Origin: Hyaloraphidium curvatum SAG 235-1
Taxonomy: Eukaryota; Fungi; Monoblepharomycota
Direction: 5' to 3'
Assembly: GCA_025558095.1 (NCBI GenBank)
Contig: JAIVFI010000027.1
Coordinates: 372,001 to 436,000 of the forward strand
Length of the DNA: 64,000 nt
Program-made: the position numbers and the translations under genes
Notes under the pieces: model-generated
Seen by the model: the letters and a program-made list of their open reading frames with translations, nothing else
What the model was told of the DNA's origin: nothing
The model's database searches: none
Shown: positions 25,465-36,327 of the stretch, in pieces
How the letters are laid out: each line of letters starts with the position of its first letter
Numbering within the stretch: position 1 is the stretch's first letter

Positions 25465-27240
25465 TCAGGTCACAGAAATGGCAAAAGGCACTGTGCAGCA
25501 AGAAGCTTGCTTCTTGCCCCATGCACTCATTTTTATACAGGCCATGCAGGTTGTGGTGGTCAGAGTACACAATCGTCCTGTGCTTTTCTCCTTCCAGGTA
25601 TAGTGTCTCCATTCTGCAAATCCTTCCTTGATTGCAAGCATCTCCTGGTCAAGCATGTCGTATATAGACCCCTTCGGTTTTGACATTGCCCTTGAGAAGT
25701 AGCACACCGGGTGCAGCTGTTCATCCTCCCTTTGTTGCAACAGAATTCACTGATCGCAAAAGCAGAACTGTCCGTCTCCATCACGAACTGCTCGTTAAAG
25801 TCAGGGTGGAGCAACACTGGTGGTGTGAATGCGCGTTTCAAGTCATGGAGACCTGGCTCTGGGCTCTCAGCATCAAGGAGTTTGAGCCCACGATCAAAGT
25901 GAGGCGGCAAAAGGAGAAGGCCCTCAACTCCATTGCCAGCTTCATCTCAAAGTCCATGAAGGACAGAAAACAGGGAAAATGAAAAAAGATGCACGACGAC
26001 AAACTTCAAATTAGCAGCAAACTGATGGTGTAACAGCGGCCAAGCCAGGGGCAGGTCCGGGTCACCAATACTATTCTATTCTAATGCACGTTTCAAGTCC
26101 TCACAACGCCTTCCTGCATTCCTTTGTCCACTCCCAAGCTTGCTCTTTCTTCAACAACTTGTAGAGGGGCATTGCTTTCCTTCAAACCCTTCCACATATC
26201 TTCGCAGGTAGCTGGCAAAAAAGCCAAGAAACGTCCTCAGTTCCTTTGCATTCCTGGGTTCTGCCCAATCCAGGATGGCTTGACTTCTTTCGGATGTGGC
26301 TGGTACCCTTTCTCCGTGATCAGGAAACCTGCGTAGATGACTTCCGTTGGATCCCAGACGCACTTGTGTGGCCTGACCTGCAAGTTGTTGTCCTTCAACA
26401 CCTGGTGCACCTGCTTCACGTGCTCTGCGTGCTTGTTTGGGTCCTTGTCGTAAAGTAGCAACGTAGAGCTCAAGGGAAGCAAGCTTCCCCCGCTGGTCCC
26501 TTTTGACAACTAGATGGGCGCAATGTGTCGGATCAATGGAGGGAAAAGTAAACTGATTATATATATGCATAGAGCATCGCAGCACAATTTACAAGTCCTC
26601 AAACGCCTTCCTGCATTCCTTTATTTGTTTACTGCAAGTCATCCAAGTAGATCACCAACCAATCGCCGTGTATTGATAGATTGAGTTGCGTTTGGGATAG
26701 ATCTTGCAACTGCATTATTCAGGTCAAGCAACTGAAAAACAACGTCAAGCAGGTAGACTGGATAGATCATGCAGCTGGAGGTGACATCGTGCAAATGCAC
26801 TTGCAAGATCTCACCCACTGACTTGCTTGATCTATACTTTGCAAAGTTGACCTCACCTTATAAAACCAAATCTCGCCATGTTATTGGCAAAATGTCGCCC
26901 CAATTACACGATATCACCGCTTGAAGAACATGATCAATACGGCATGCATCAATCGTCCGGGAACTCGATGAAAATCGTTTTCATGTAGCACTGAAAAGCA
27001 CTGGGTGCGTTCCTGAGCCGAAATGGCATCACCAAGTACTCGTAAATTTCGTGCCAAGTTTTGAATGCAGTTTTCCAGTTGTGGCCTTCAGGCTGCTGCA
27101 AGATTGTGAATTTTGGTGAAGATCTTTGCTCCTGCAACTCTGTCCAACAGTCCGTCAGCAACGGCAAGCTGTAGTTGTCAGGAACCATGATTGCACTGAG
27201 GCCTTGATAGTTTATCACAGGCCTGGGACCGACCCCTGCC
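25465..27240 (-). pseudogene. Decayed Ty3/Gypsy pol (RT-RNaseH), interrupted by insertions
   Basis: KTAFKTWHEIYEYLVMPFRLRNAPSAFQ; HAEHVKQVHQVLKDNNL; PRNAKELRTFLGF; PVLLHPDFNEQFVMETDSSAFAI; PVCYFSR...QEMLAIKEGFAEWRHY; many frameshifts. Confidence 0.88.
25845..26082 (+). mobile_element. 5'-truncated LINE insertion with 17-bp target-site duplication
   Basis: TSD aatgcGcgtttcaagtc (25828-25844) and aatgcAcgtttcaagtc (26083-26099); tail aatactattctattct. Confidence 0.9.
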
Positions 27241-27279
27241 CTTGCTTTCTGCGTAGAAAAAGGGAGCTCCAGCAGGACT

Positions 27280-28971
27280 GAATAGAATAGTATTGGTGAC
27301 CCGGACCTGCCCCTGGCTTGGCCGCTGTTACACCATGAGTTTGCTGCTAATTGCAAAGTTCATCGTCGTCGTGTGTCTTTTTCATTTTCCCAGTTTTCCT
27401 GTCCTTCATGGACTTTGAGATGAAGCTGGCAATGGAGTTGAGGGCCTTCTCCTTCTGCCGCCTCGCTTTGATCGTGGGCTCGAACTCCTTGATGCTAAGA
27501 GCCCAGAGCCAGGTCTCCATGTTCCACTCGCGGCCTAGTGCTTCCAATCTAGTCTGCAGCTTCTGGCGACGCTCCGCATTTGCTGAACAGTGAAACAGAA
27601 AGTGTTGTTCGTCTCCAATGTGCTCAGGGTCATGCTTGCACGTTCTCTGCTGCACCTCAAGTCCTTGGTGCCTGCCTGTCTCCACCTCCAGGTCGTGGGT
27701 AGAGCACAGCAACTTTTGGACATCCCTCCGGTGCTTCTCCACCCGGATCAGGGATGGTCTGATGTGGCCAAAGGTCATGTCACACATCCTCCAAAAGTGC
27801 AGTTTGTCGTTGTCCTTGAGCCTCTGGGCATTGACCTCCTGAACTTGCCCTTCACAAGATTCTCCACAGTCTCCTTGGGCCATGAGAAAGTGTCCTTCTC
27901 CCACATCTCCTTCCCATCTTCGCCGCCATAGTATACAAGTAGTTCCCTCAGGAAGGCAGCCCAGTTCCAGGACCCCTTCAGTGCCTCGATCTTGAGCTCT
28001 TTGTAAAGTAGGTACAGCGCAGGATCCGCTGTTTTGATGCGCATGAGGAACTTGAGTGCCGACTCGTGGTCATGAACTGCAAGGGGGTACTGGCCAGTGA
28101 TCGCATACAGACAGGCCAGGGAGGTAGACTTGGGCAGATGAGTGACGGCACGAAGAGCCATGCATGTCACTTTGTCCCTGGTGATTTCCCCGGCAAGGTA
28201 CTCCTCCTTGCTTTGGCATCTCCACAATGAACGGGTTCCCATATTGGCCCACTGCCTTGACCTTCGTGTTGTAGAGCTTGAGCTGGAGGTCAGGACCCAT
28301 CCCAGGCTGCTCCCTGATGTTGCGGAGCCAGAGCCCATAAGCAGCGTTCATCTTGGCCTCCCTGCCATGCACATGGTCCTTGCTCCGCCCAGTTGACGTG
28401 AGCTGGTACCCCAGAAGCTTGAAACTGTCGACCCTCTTTAGCTCCTGGCCCCTCTCCTGATCCTCTTCCTCCTCAGACACCATGCCCAGATCCATCCCTT
28501 TTGCACCATTGGCCTCCATGAAAGCAGTGATGTCGTTGATGAATAAGATGAAGAACAGCGACGAGAGAGGGTCCCCCTGCTTCACTCCGGTCAGGAACTT
28601 GATGAAGTCCGACTTGGTCCCATCTTCATCCCGGAGCCGTCCCCACACGCGCCCAAACGCCATCTCGAACATGTCAACAGCCTGTTTGGGCACTCCCATC
28701 TCCTCTAGCTTCTGCCATAACCTGGGGCGCTCCACCGTGTCAAAAGCCTTTGTGAAGTCTACAAACACCATGATCAGCTTCTCCTTGCGTGGTACTCCTC
28801 CTTCGGCATCTCACCAATGAACGGGTTCCCATATTGGCCCACTGCCTTGACCTTTGTGTTGTAGAGCTTGAGCTGGAGGTCAGGACTCATCCCAGGCTGC
28901 TCCCTGATGTCACGGAGCCAGAGCCCATAAGCAGCGTTCATCTTGGCCTCTCTGCCATGCACATGGTCCTT
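27280..28971 (-). mobile_element. Defective LINE ORF2 (RT) copy plus an adjacent short divergent fragment (28789-28971)
   Basis: FVDFTKAFDTVER, GVKQGDPLSSLFFILFIND, FKLLG; catalytic YADD region absent; TATTC tail at the left end. Confidence 0.9.
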
Positions 28972-29013
28972 GACCAATACTATTCTAACGATGCACGCCT
29001 CCTGGGAACCTGC

Positions 29014-29237
29014 TGTTGGAGTGGCTATGGGGCGTGGGGAAGACGTAGCCCCAGTGGTCTGAACCGGGTCAGAACTCAGATGGACGGGATGGGGAGAGGG
29101 ACAGTTTCACGTTGACCCGTTGTCCATTCCCTTGTGATGACAAGTCCCTAGATGACCCCTCCGATCGTACCCAAGTATCCCCACACGCCAATAGACTCCC
29201 TATTGATACAGAATCGTAGCAACGATCCATTCCAACA
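29014..29237 (-). repeat. Copia 3' LTR (224 bp)
   Basis: tgttggagtgg...ccattccaaca; identical by eye to 36328-36551; PPT adjacent. Confidence 0.97.
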
Positions 29238-29285
29238 CTCCCCCTCGTTGCAAGATTCCCAAGAAGTGTCCAGAAATCCCCAAAG

Positions 29286-32200
29286 CTAGTCACGAATCTC
29301 TACAATTCCCATAAGTGCCCTGAAACGTTGAAACTTCTCCCTTGGTAGCTGTTTGGTGAGCAGATCCGCAAGCTGGTCCTCTGTGTTGATGTACTCCAGC
29401 TGTATCTCTCCACTATCAATTTTCTCCCTCACAAAATGGTACTGCACTCCAATGTGCTTGGTACGTTCATGAAAGACAGGATTCTGCGCCAGCTTGATAG
29501 CCCCCTCATTGTCCTCCTTGATGACTGTTGGCCCTTGCTGAGGAAATCCCAATTCCTCCAATAAACTCCTTAGCCACGCAACTTGACGTCCAGCATAAGA
29601 TAGAGCCATGTACTCGGCCTCTGTTGTTGAAAGAGCCACCACTGGTTGCAGTTGCGACTTGTAGATGATAAGACCGTTCCCCATCATCACTACAACCCCA
29701 GTTGTTGACTTCCCAGTGTCAAGATCCCCAGCAAAACTGGCGTCTGCATATCCATGCAATGCTTTGGTCATGTCCAGATTCGGATCCCTCTTGTAAACCA
29801 AGCCAAAGTCAGCTGTTCCCTTCAAGTATCTGGTTGTCTTCTTGACTTGCTCCACTGCTTCACGAGTAGGTGCCATCCCATGACGGCTCTCCGTGATAAT
29901 AGGTAAGGCAATGTCCGGCCTGGTGAAGTTCATGGCATACATCCAGCTTCCCACCATTGATCTGAACGGAAAACGTCCGATTTCCTGCTCCTCAGCAGCA
30001 GACAACTCCGTCTTCCGTTTCCTGAGCTTCACCCCAACGTCCACAGGTACAGAAACTGCGTTGCAAGTGTCCATTCCGAAATCCTCCAAAGCCTTATTGA
30101 TGTATTTGGACTGCTTGATTGTGATTGTTCCAGCCTTCTCGTCCTGCTTGATTTCCAAAGCCAGGAACTTTTTCATGCGACCCATGTAACGTATCTTAAT
30201 CTGCTTTCCCAGCTCCTCAAGAAATGCAATCGTCCGTTTTTCGTCCGTTGAGCTACATCCAAAGTCGTCCACATGAATAATCATCAAAAGAAACCAATCA
30301 TCTTGCCGCAGAAAGTAGATGCAGTACTCCTTTGAGCAACGTATAAGCCCCATCTCCGTGAGTATCTCGTGCAGGTGTCTGTGCCAAGCACGTGCAGCTT
30401 GCACAAGTCCATAAACCGCGACTCCAGGTCGAATTACAGTAGGTCTTCCATCAGTAAACTCAGGTAAATCCATCCCTTGAGCTGGATACAAGTAAACTTC
30501 CTCGTTCTCCTGGAGCTTAGCCTGTAGGAATGCCGCGTTTGCATCTGCCTGATGTACAATCATGTTGTTCTGAGCAGAAAGCCAAAAGAAAAGCCGTACA
30601 GCAGCAGCAGAAGGTACAGGTGCAAAGGATTGACCAAAAGAAGATGGATCCTGCCAATCACCCCTTGCCACCCATCGAGCCTTGTAGTTTTCCTCCCCCA
30701 CAATGCTGCCATCAGCTCCAGGTTTGAGGTCAAATACAAATTGGCTTCCAACCGCGAATTTTTCCTTGCCCTCAGGCAAGCCCATGATGTTGTACGCATC
30801 TCTGCTCTTGAAGTTGCCAATCTCACGTTCCATTGCCTTGGCCCACATCTCACGATCCTCTGAACGCATTGCCTCTGCATAGTTCCGTGGTACACGTGCT
30901 CCAGTGCTTGCAGCAAAGATTCCATCCATGTGTGCCATGTCCTCCCAAGTCGGTAGGTGTCCCTGCCAGTCCAGGTGGTCCTGGACCTCCTCCATCAGGA
31001 AATTGATCGATTCCAGCGTGATCACGTTGATCTCCTTCTCGTTGCTCGTGTTGGGGGCTTTCCACCACTCCCCAGGAGGTCTTGGAGCTCTGCTGGATGA
31101 CCTTGTAGGTAAAGGTATCTTAGAGCCCGTTCCAGCCGCCCCAGCGCCTCCCTGAGCTCCGCTGCTTGATGAAGATGCTCCTCCAGGCTCCCCACGTTGG
31201 TCTGTGGCTTCCCTAGCCGCACGATCACCAGAAAGTTGCGATCCACCAACTGCCTTTCCTCCCCCTGGATCGCCACTTCCACTGTTCCCAGAGCCTCTTC
31301 CACGAGTCACCAGCTCGTCCTCACTTTCGCTCTGAGCTCGTTGATCGCGTGACAGACGTAAATCCGTTCCCTGGCTGCCAGAACTTGAAGATTGATGTTG
31401 AGTACCTCCAACTTCCAGTCTTTGACCTCCTCCCCCGGCCTCCTGGCGCTCAGGTTGACGCTGCACACGGTCTCCCTGTGTCCCACGATGCTCCTGGTTG
31501 CCGTCGTCGATTGGATCTGCGGAACGGACCCGCCGTGGCGTCTCCGATGACGCCTCCAATTCCTCAGGCTGCGCCGACTCCTCCACGGCAAGTCGACGGT
31601 TCAATACAGCGCTCGGGTCCGCGTCCTCAGGTAGTTTTTCGACCAAAACTCTGCTTTCCAGAACCCGCATGTAGCTCTTGAGCGTCTTGTTTGACCAGCG
31701 TTCCTCGAAAACGACATCACGTGAGTCAAAAATCCGCCCGGTCTCAAGATTCTGGACCGTAAATGCCTTCGATCGCGAGCTCATTCCCAGGTAGCGGCAT
31801 TGTACCGCCTTAGCATCCCATTTGCCGCGCTTATCCTTGTCGACGATCGCGTAACACGTTTCTCCGAAACGTCGGATGTGGCTAATGTTCGCCCGTCTCC
31901 CAGTCAGCAGTTGAAACGGCGTAGACCCTTTCTGCCACGTCTTTGTATTCGGCAAACGATTGCGCGTATTGATATGATGCTTCAATGCGTATCCCCAAAG
32001 CGGCTTCGGCGATTTCGAGTCGATCAGGATGGTCCGGGTCCCTTCCTCAGCCGTCCGGTTCCGCCGCTCAATGACTCCGTTCTGCGCAGGCCGATTCGTT
32101 ACCGACGATTCCAACTTGATTCCCTCGTTCTTGCAGTACGCTTCGAGCCGTTTTGACGAGAATTCACCTCCGGGATCGACCCGCATGCATCCGACCTTTA

Positions 32201-32399
32201 GGCTGAACTGGTTCTTCACCCACTCGGCAAAGTGCATCATCCAGTCCTCCGCCTCCGATTTGTGCTTCAATAGGAACGCAAACTCCGCAGAAGTGTACTC
32301 GTCGACTGCATGCAATGCCCAGCGTTCTCCATGCACCGTTGCAACGTCCGATTGTGTCAGGTCCCAGTGAGTCAGCTCAAAAAGCGCGAAGGGAGCACG
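29286..32399 (-). CDS. Copia pol 3' part: integrase core, reverse transcriptase, RNase H
   Basis: ELTHWDL, RVDPGGEF, QNGVIERRNRT, YKARWVARG, DANAAFLQ, YGLVQAARAW, IHVDD, GYADASFAGD, STTEAEYMAL, RTKHI; no internal stops. Confidence 0.95.
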   Translation of the reverse strand, partial: RAPFALFELTHWDLTQSDVATVHGERWALHAVDEYTSAEFAFLLKHKSEAEDWMMHFAEWVKNQFSLKVGCMRVDPGGEFSSKRLEAYCKNEGIKLESSVTNRPAQNGVIERRNRTAEEGTRTILIDSKSPKPLWGYALKHHINTRNRLPNTKTWQKGSTPFQLLTGRRANISHIRRFGETCYAIVDKDKRGKWDAKAVQCRYLGMSSRSKAFTVQNLETGRIFDSRDVVFEERWSNKTLKSYMRVLESRVLVEKLPEDADPSAVLNRRLAVEESAQPEELEASSETPRRVRSADPIDDGNQEHRGTQGDRVQRQPERQEAGGGGQRLEVGGTQHQSSSSGSQGTDLRLSRDQRAQSESEDELVTRGRGSGNSGSGDPGGGKAVGGSQLSGDRAAREATDQRGEPGGASSSSSGAQGGAGAAGTGSKIPLPTRSSSRAPRPPGEWWKAPNTSNEKEINVITLESINFLMEEVQDHLDWQGHLPTWEDMAHMDGIFAASTGARVPRNYAEAMRSEDREMWAKAMEREIGNFKSRDAYNIMGLPEGKEKFAVGSQFVFDLKPGADGSIVGEENYKARWVARGDWQDPSSFGQSFAPVPSAAAVRLFFWLSAQNNMIVHQADANAAFLQAKLQENEEVYLYPAQGMDLPEFTDGRPTVIRPGVAVYGLVQAARAWHRHLHEILTEMGLIRCSKEYCIYFLRQDDWFLLMIIHVDDFGCSSTDEKRTIAFLEELGKQIKIRYMGRMKKFLALEIKQDEKAGTITIKQSKYINKALEDFGMDTCNAVSVPVDVGVKLRKRKTELSAAEEQEIGRFPFRSMVGSWMYAMNFTRPDIALPIITESRHGMAPTREAVEQVKKTTRYLKGTADFGLVYKRDPNLDMTKALHGYADASFAGDLDTGKSTTGVVVMMGNGLIIYKSQLQPVVALSTTEAEYMALSYAGRQVAWLRSLLEELGFPQQGPTVIKEDNEGAIKLAQNPVFHERTKHIGVQYHFVREKIDSGEIQLEYINTEDQLADLLTKQLPREKFQRFRALMGIVEIRD

Positions 32400-33258
32400 A
32401 CCCGTACTCCTTCCTCACTTATTAGGCTCTCAGAATATAGGAAGCCCTGAGTGCTACGGGTCGGAATACAAAGCAGCCTTCCAGAATCAGACGAGGAGGA
32501 TCAGGATGTATTCTTGGTGTTTCTCCTCTTAGTTCTATAGACTATCGTAATGCTCCATAGATTATCTTATAACCTCCTTAAATCTATGGCTCATTACTCC
32601 AGTCTAAACGCAAACCAACGTCTTATTATAGTACTGTTTAGCTTAATTTATTTCTATCTTATCTATTAGGTCTCTCTTTTTAGTACTGGGTAGTAGGTTG
32701 GTTATGTCAATAGAAGATTTGGTAACTCGTAATAGTTCAAGTAGAGAGAGGTTGTATAGTGGACAGGAGGTCTCTCTAAAGATCAGATGGAGGAAACTAG
32801 GGTTACTCTCAGGATTAGTCATGATACTAAAGCCCTACTTATGCTTTATGCGACTAGGAGACATAAAGCTCTACTCACTCGTAACTAGAGTAAGCAGGGC
32901 TTTAGTGTAGTTGCAGCCTCATAACTCATGAGTAGAGCTTTATAGCTACATTAAACTCCTATTCAATACGAGCTTTTGAGGCATCCCCTGCCTCACCTCT
33001 CACTACTTGTAGGGGTTTATGTGTCAGGTAGTATCAAACCTAAGTAGAACTTCAACAATAATTAATTGATGGTAGCTTTTATTAGCCTACTACTGCTTGT
33101 CGTAGTACTTCTGGTAGCCAGCCTCTACGAGTAATAGTGAGAGTAGGTACTCAATAGAAACATTTGAGAGAGGATTGTGCGTAGCCAGGGAGCTTAATCT
33201 CTTAGGGCTAAGTAAAAGGGGATACTAGCTTAAGCTCAGAGAGTAGAGCTTTACTTGG

Positions 33259-33522
33259 TTAGTAAATTTGAATAGATCCTCGAATTCGGTGAAAGGCTAC
33301 CAGTAGCGAGAGAGCTACGGCGCTTTCAGCTCCAGCGAGAACGAGAAGATAGAGACTAAAGTGGGCTCCCATCAAGTCATCGAACAGAAAACCAAAGTAA
33401 ACTAAGCGGAAAGCAGCTACAAATACCATAATCTCAATGGCTAGAAGCATCAGGATCAGTTGTCGAGAGGAGAAAACGAATCCCAGCATAGCCACAATAA
33501 AGAGAGCCAGTAGGGTGATCAT
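33259..33522 (-). pseudogene. nad4L: Mitochondrial nad4L copy (intact ORF) within the NUMT
   Basis: LILMLLAIEIM...FDDLMG...LVLAGAESAVALSLLVAFHRIRGSI. Confidence 0.93.
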
Positions 33523-33788
33523 CGATGAGTCATACTTAGATTAAAGTTCTATTGAGGCTCTAAGCTAGCTAGATCATAAACCTCTAAAGTCCTACTTATG
33601 CTTTAGTGCAGTTACAGTCTCATAACTCCCTGAGAGTAACCCTAGTTTCCTCTGAGTTTAACCTATTAGGGTTAGGAACAGGGGGACTAGCTTAAGCTCA
33701 GAGAGTAGAGCTTTACTCATTTATTGCTAACTAAGTAGGAGATTGATGTAGCTCTAGCTAGCTTAAACTCAGAGAGTAGAGCTTTAAA

Positions 33789-34183
33789 TTACAAGAAGTC
33801 TTTGATGGTAATCATGCAGATGAAGGTATAGATGTAGGCTTGCAGATAAGCGATTAGTACTTCCAAGACGAGGAAAACAGTGAGGAGTACCATAGGAAGG
33901 ATGAGGATCAGAATGTTGGTTCCTCCCTCAAAGGCTTCCCACAGAAATCCACCGATTACTTTTACTAGAGTGTGTCCAGTAATCATGTTGACACTAATAC
34001 GGATACCAAGGGCAATAATACGAGTAACGTAAGCCAGCATTTCTACCACAACGAGCATAGGAATGAGGGGCAGGGGAGTTCCAGATGGAATGAAGAGTCC
34101 CATCATGGCGTATCCGTAGCGACGGAATCCATTGGCAATGGCAGTGACCAGAAGGAATACAGCCAGGTTAAAGGTAATGATGC
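33789..34183 (-). pseudogene. atp6: Mitochondrial atp6, 3' half only, within the NUMT
   Basis: FIPSGTPLPLIPMLVVVEMLAYVTRIIALGIRISVNMITGHTL...LEVLIAYLQAYIYT; 5' half missing. Confidence 0.93.
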
Positions 34184-34306
34184 TTATTTTGTGTTGGTTA
34201 GTTGGTTATTATGAGGGGGTGTTGGTGTTGTTGTTTTATGTGTATGCGTTATAGTAGGGCTGCAGGTTTTGGCTGAAAGATCTAGTGCTAGTAATATAAA
34301 GGGTAT

Positions 34307-34359
34307 TGAGGCGGGTAGGAATCGAACCTACTTTAGTACAGGACCTCAGAGTTACAGTC
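34307..34359 (-). tRNA. trnY: 3' portion of mitochondrial tRNA-Tyr(GTA), truncated at the anticodon stem
   Basis: gaCTGTAACtctga anticodon loop, long variable region, T-arm gtagg-TTCGATT-cctac, acceptor 3' strand ccgcctc-A. Confidence 0.8.
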
Positions 34360-36153
34360 ACGCTCCGACTCCGGATAGGGCAACTGATGCATCTTGCCCA
34401 TCACGCACTCCTTACAGAAGTTGTTGAGGTTTCCAGCAAACACGTACTCCTCCAATCCATCCACAATCCCAGCCTGTTGAACCTTCCTGAGTGCCGCGAT
34501 CGGGTAGTGCCCGCAGCGCCCATGCGCAATCTCCGCGCTCAAATCCCCTTCCTGAGCACTCAGCATGATCTGTTCGTCATGCTCGTTGAGGATTTCCGCG
34601 TTGAGATAGTAAACGTGACGATCTATGCGGCAAGTGCCCCGCACGTCGCCGCCCTTGGTGATGGCCCCTCCATCCGGACCCAGAAGCGTGTAGTATCCCA
34701 TCTGCCCTAGTCTCCCAATCGAAATGAGCGTTGCAGGAAGATCTTTGATGAAAAGCACATCTTCCAGGGTGACGATGTCGCCAGAATTGGTGAGCTTGAT
34801 CTTGAGCTTTCCGACTTCGATCGCACGCGCGATCCCTTTTCCCATTCGAACATCAACTGCATCGCACGGCTTGATGCCGTAGAGCAGTTCCCTGATTCCC
34901 GTCGCGTGCACGGACGCGCCGCTATCCCCCATCAGCCTGCCGCGCATCTCCTGGCCCGTCTTCGCCGCGTGCACGACGTGTTCCGGGGTTTTTTCGTATC
35001 CACCGTCCCCCGTCGTCTCCCCATCGTTTCCCTCGATTCCGCCCTCCATCATGAACAGGAACGCGCCGAATCGATCTTCCAGATCGGGGAGATCGCCCAG
35101 GGTGAGCGTGTTCTGCTGCTCTCGTGCCGTTTTCCCATCGTCCTTCCTCCAGCACACGGCCTCGAGATGACCGTCCTTTCCGCACTTGTTGCAGGTTTTG
35201 TCACGATGGGTGCAGTCCTTCTTGACGTGTCCACCCTTCCCGCAGCAGAGGCACGTGATTCCCGAGCCGTTTTCGCCCTCCGCCGTGGCCTGCCGACCCC
35301 CGCGATTTCCGAATCCTCGCCCGCGACCCCTTGAACCCCCGCGGTCACCTCCATGGCCACCCCGTGATCCTCCGCGACCCCTGCCACGGTTTAGAGCGTA
35401 CATCAACGTGTTTGGAGCGGGATTCACGGTTATGTTGGCTGCCCCAGGTGAGTACGTATCACCATTTTGCTCAGCTCGCTTGATCATAGTCTCCTCTTCC
35501 ATCTCCATCCTCTTCTGAAGGTATGCAACGTTCAAGATAGGGTGTTTCTTCACTCCATTTTCAGTCTTCCACTCGTGTTTGGTCTGTGCTCCCAGCCAAA
35601 TGCCGTCAATCTCGGCCCGGACTTGATCAAACTCAGGTAGGTCCTTCAGGACTTTCCTCCAGATGCTCATATCATCGTCATCTCCCTTCAGCTTTCCCAG
35701 TGCTTCAACTTCCATCTTTTTCTGCATGAAGCGGGTAAAATTCGGAGCCACCCGGTCGGTTTTGATGAACTCAAAGCTGTAGTACTGGACCTCGGCGTTC
35801 CCTTGCTGCGCCACATTTTCCGTCACGAAACGCTCCTCTAGGTAGTCCCAGATGTCCTTAGCAGTGTCCATCCTGCTGCAGATCCTTTTGAGACCAATAG
35901 AGAGTGATCCTACCAGGATCCCTTGAGCTTTCTGGTCCTTCGTGTTCCAGGCTGACAAATCATCTTCCGTCTTTCCTCCCTGCCCTACCACGGGCTTTGC
36001 CACCTTTCCAGTCACAATTTGCCAGTCACTCTCCCTCTGGAGCTTGGCCTTGATGTCAATTAACCAATCCTGGTAATTGGTTTGTGATCCGGTTTCCTCG
36101 AGCTTGGCCCCCCCAAACAATGCCACACGGGTTCCTCCGACCGAAATCTCCAT
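34360..36153 (-). CDS. Copia gag-protease-integrase zinc-binding part
   Basis: NYQDW, TAKDIWDYLEERF, two CCHC knuckles, DSGASVH protease, HGRCGH...CKEC (HHCC). Confidence 0.95.
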
Positions 36154-36327
36154 CCCGGCCGCCGCAGCACCTCTAGTGCTTCACGCGCTCTTTCTAGCGC
36201 CCACTGAGTCCACCCAGGCGGTCCTGGAGACCAGACTCAGCTGGATGCGGTCCCCTCGGCTGGTTGCGCCACACGCAACTTCAAAGCCGCGCAAAAGTGT
36301 TCTGGACACCCTTTGGGCTCATAGACC

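Larger units (their letters stand above)
32400..34358. other. Nuclear mitochondrial DNA segment (NUMT), 1959 bp
   Basis: Abrupt AT-rich block containing nad4L, 3' atp6, half of a tRNA-Tyr and mitochondrial-style palindromic repeats; flanked by CACG on both sides. Confidence 0.93.

Noticed and set aside
33069-33134. Short hydrophobic ORF MVAFISLLLLVVVLLVASLYE, reminiscent of the nad3 C-terminus
   Set aside because: Too short to support without an alignment
32400-34358. Functional nuclear nad4L/atp6 by endosymbiotic gene transfer
   Set aside because: No targeting peptides, mitochondrial-type composition and spacers are retained, and atp6 and the tRNA are truncated
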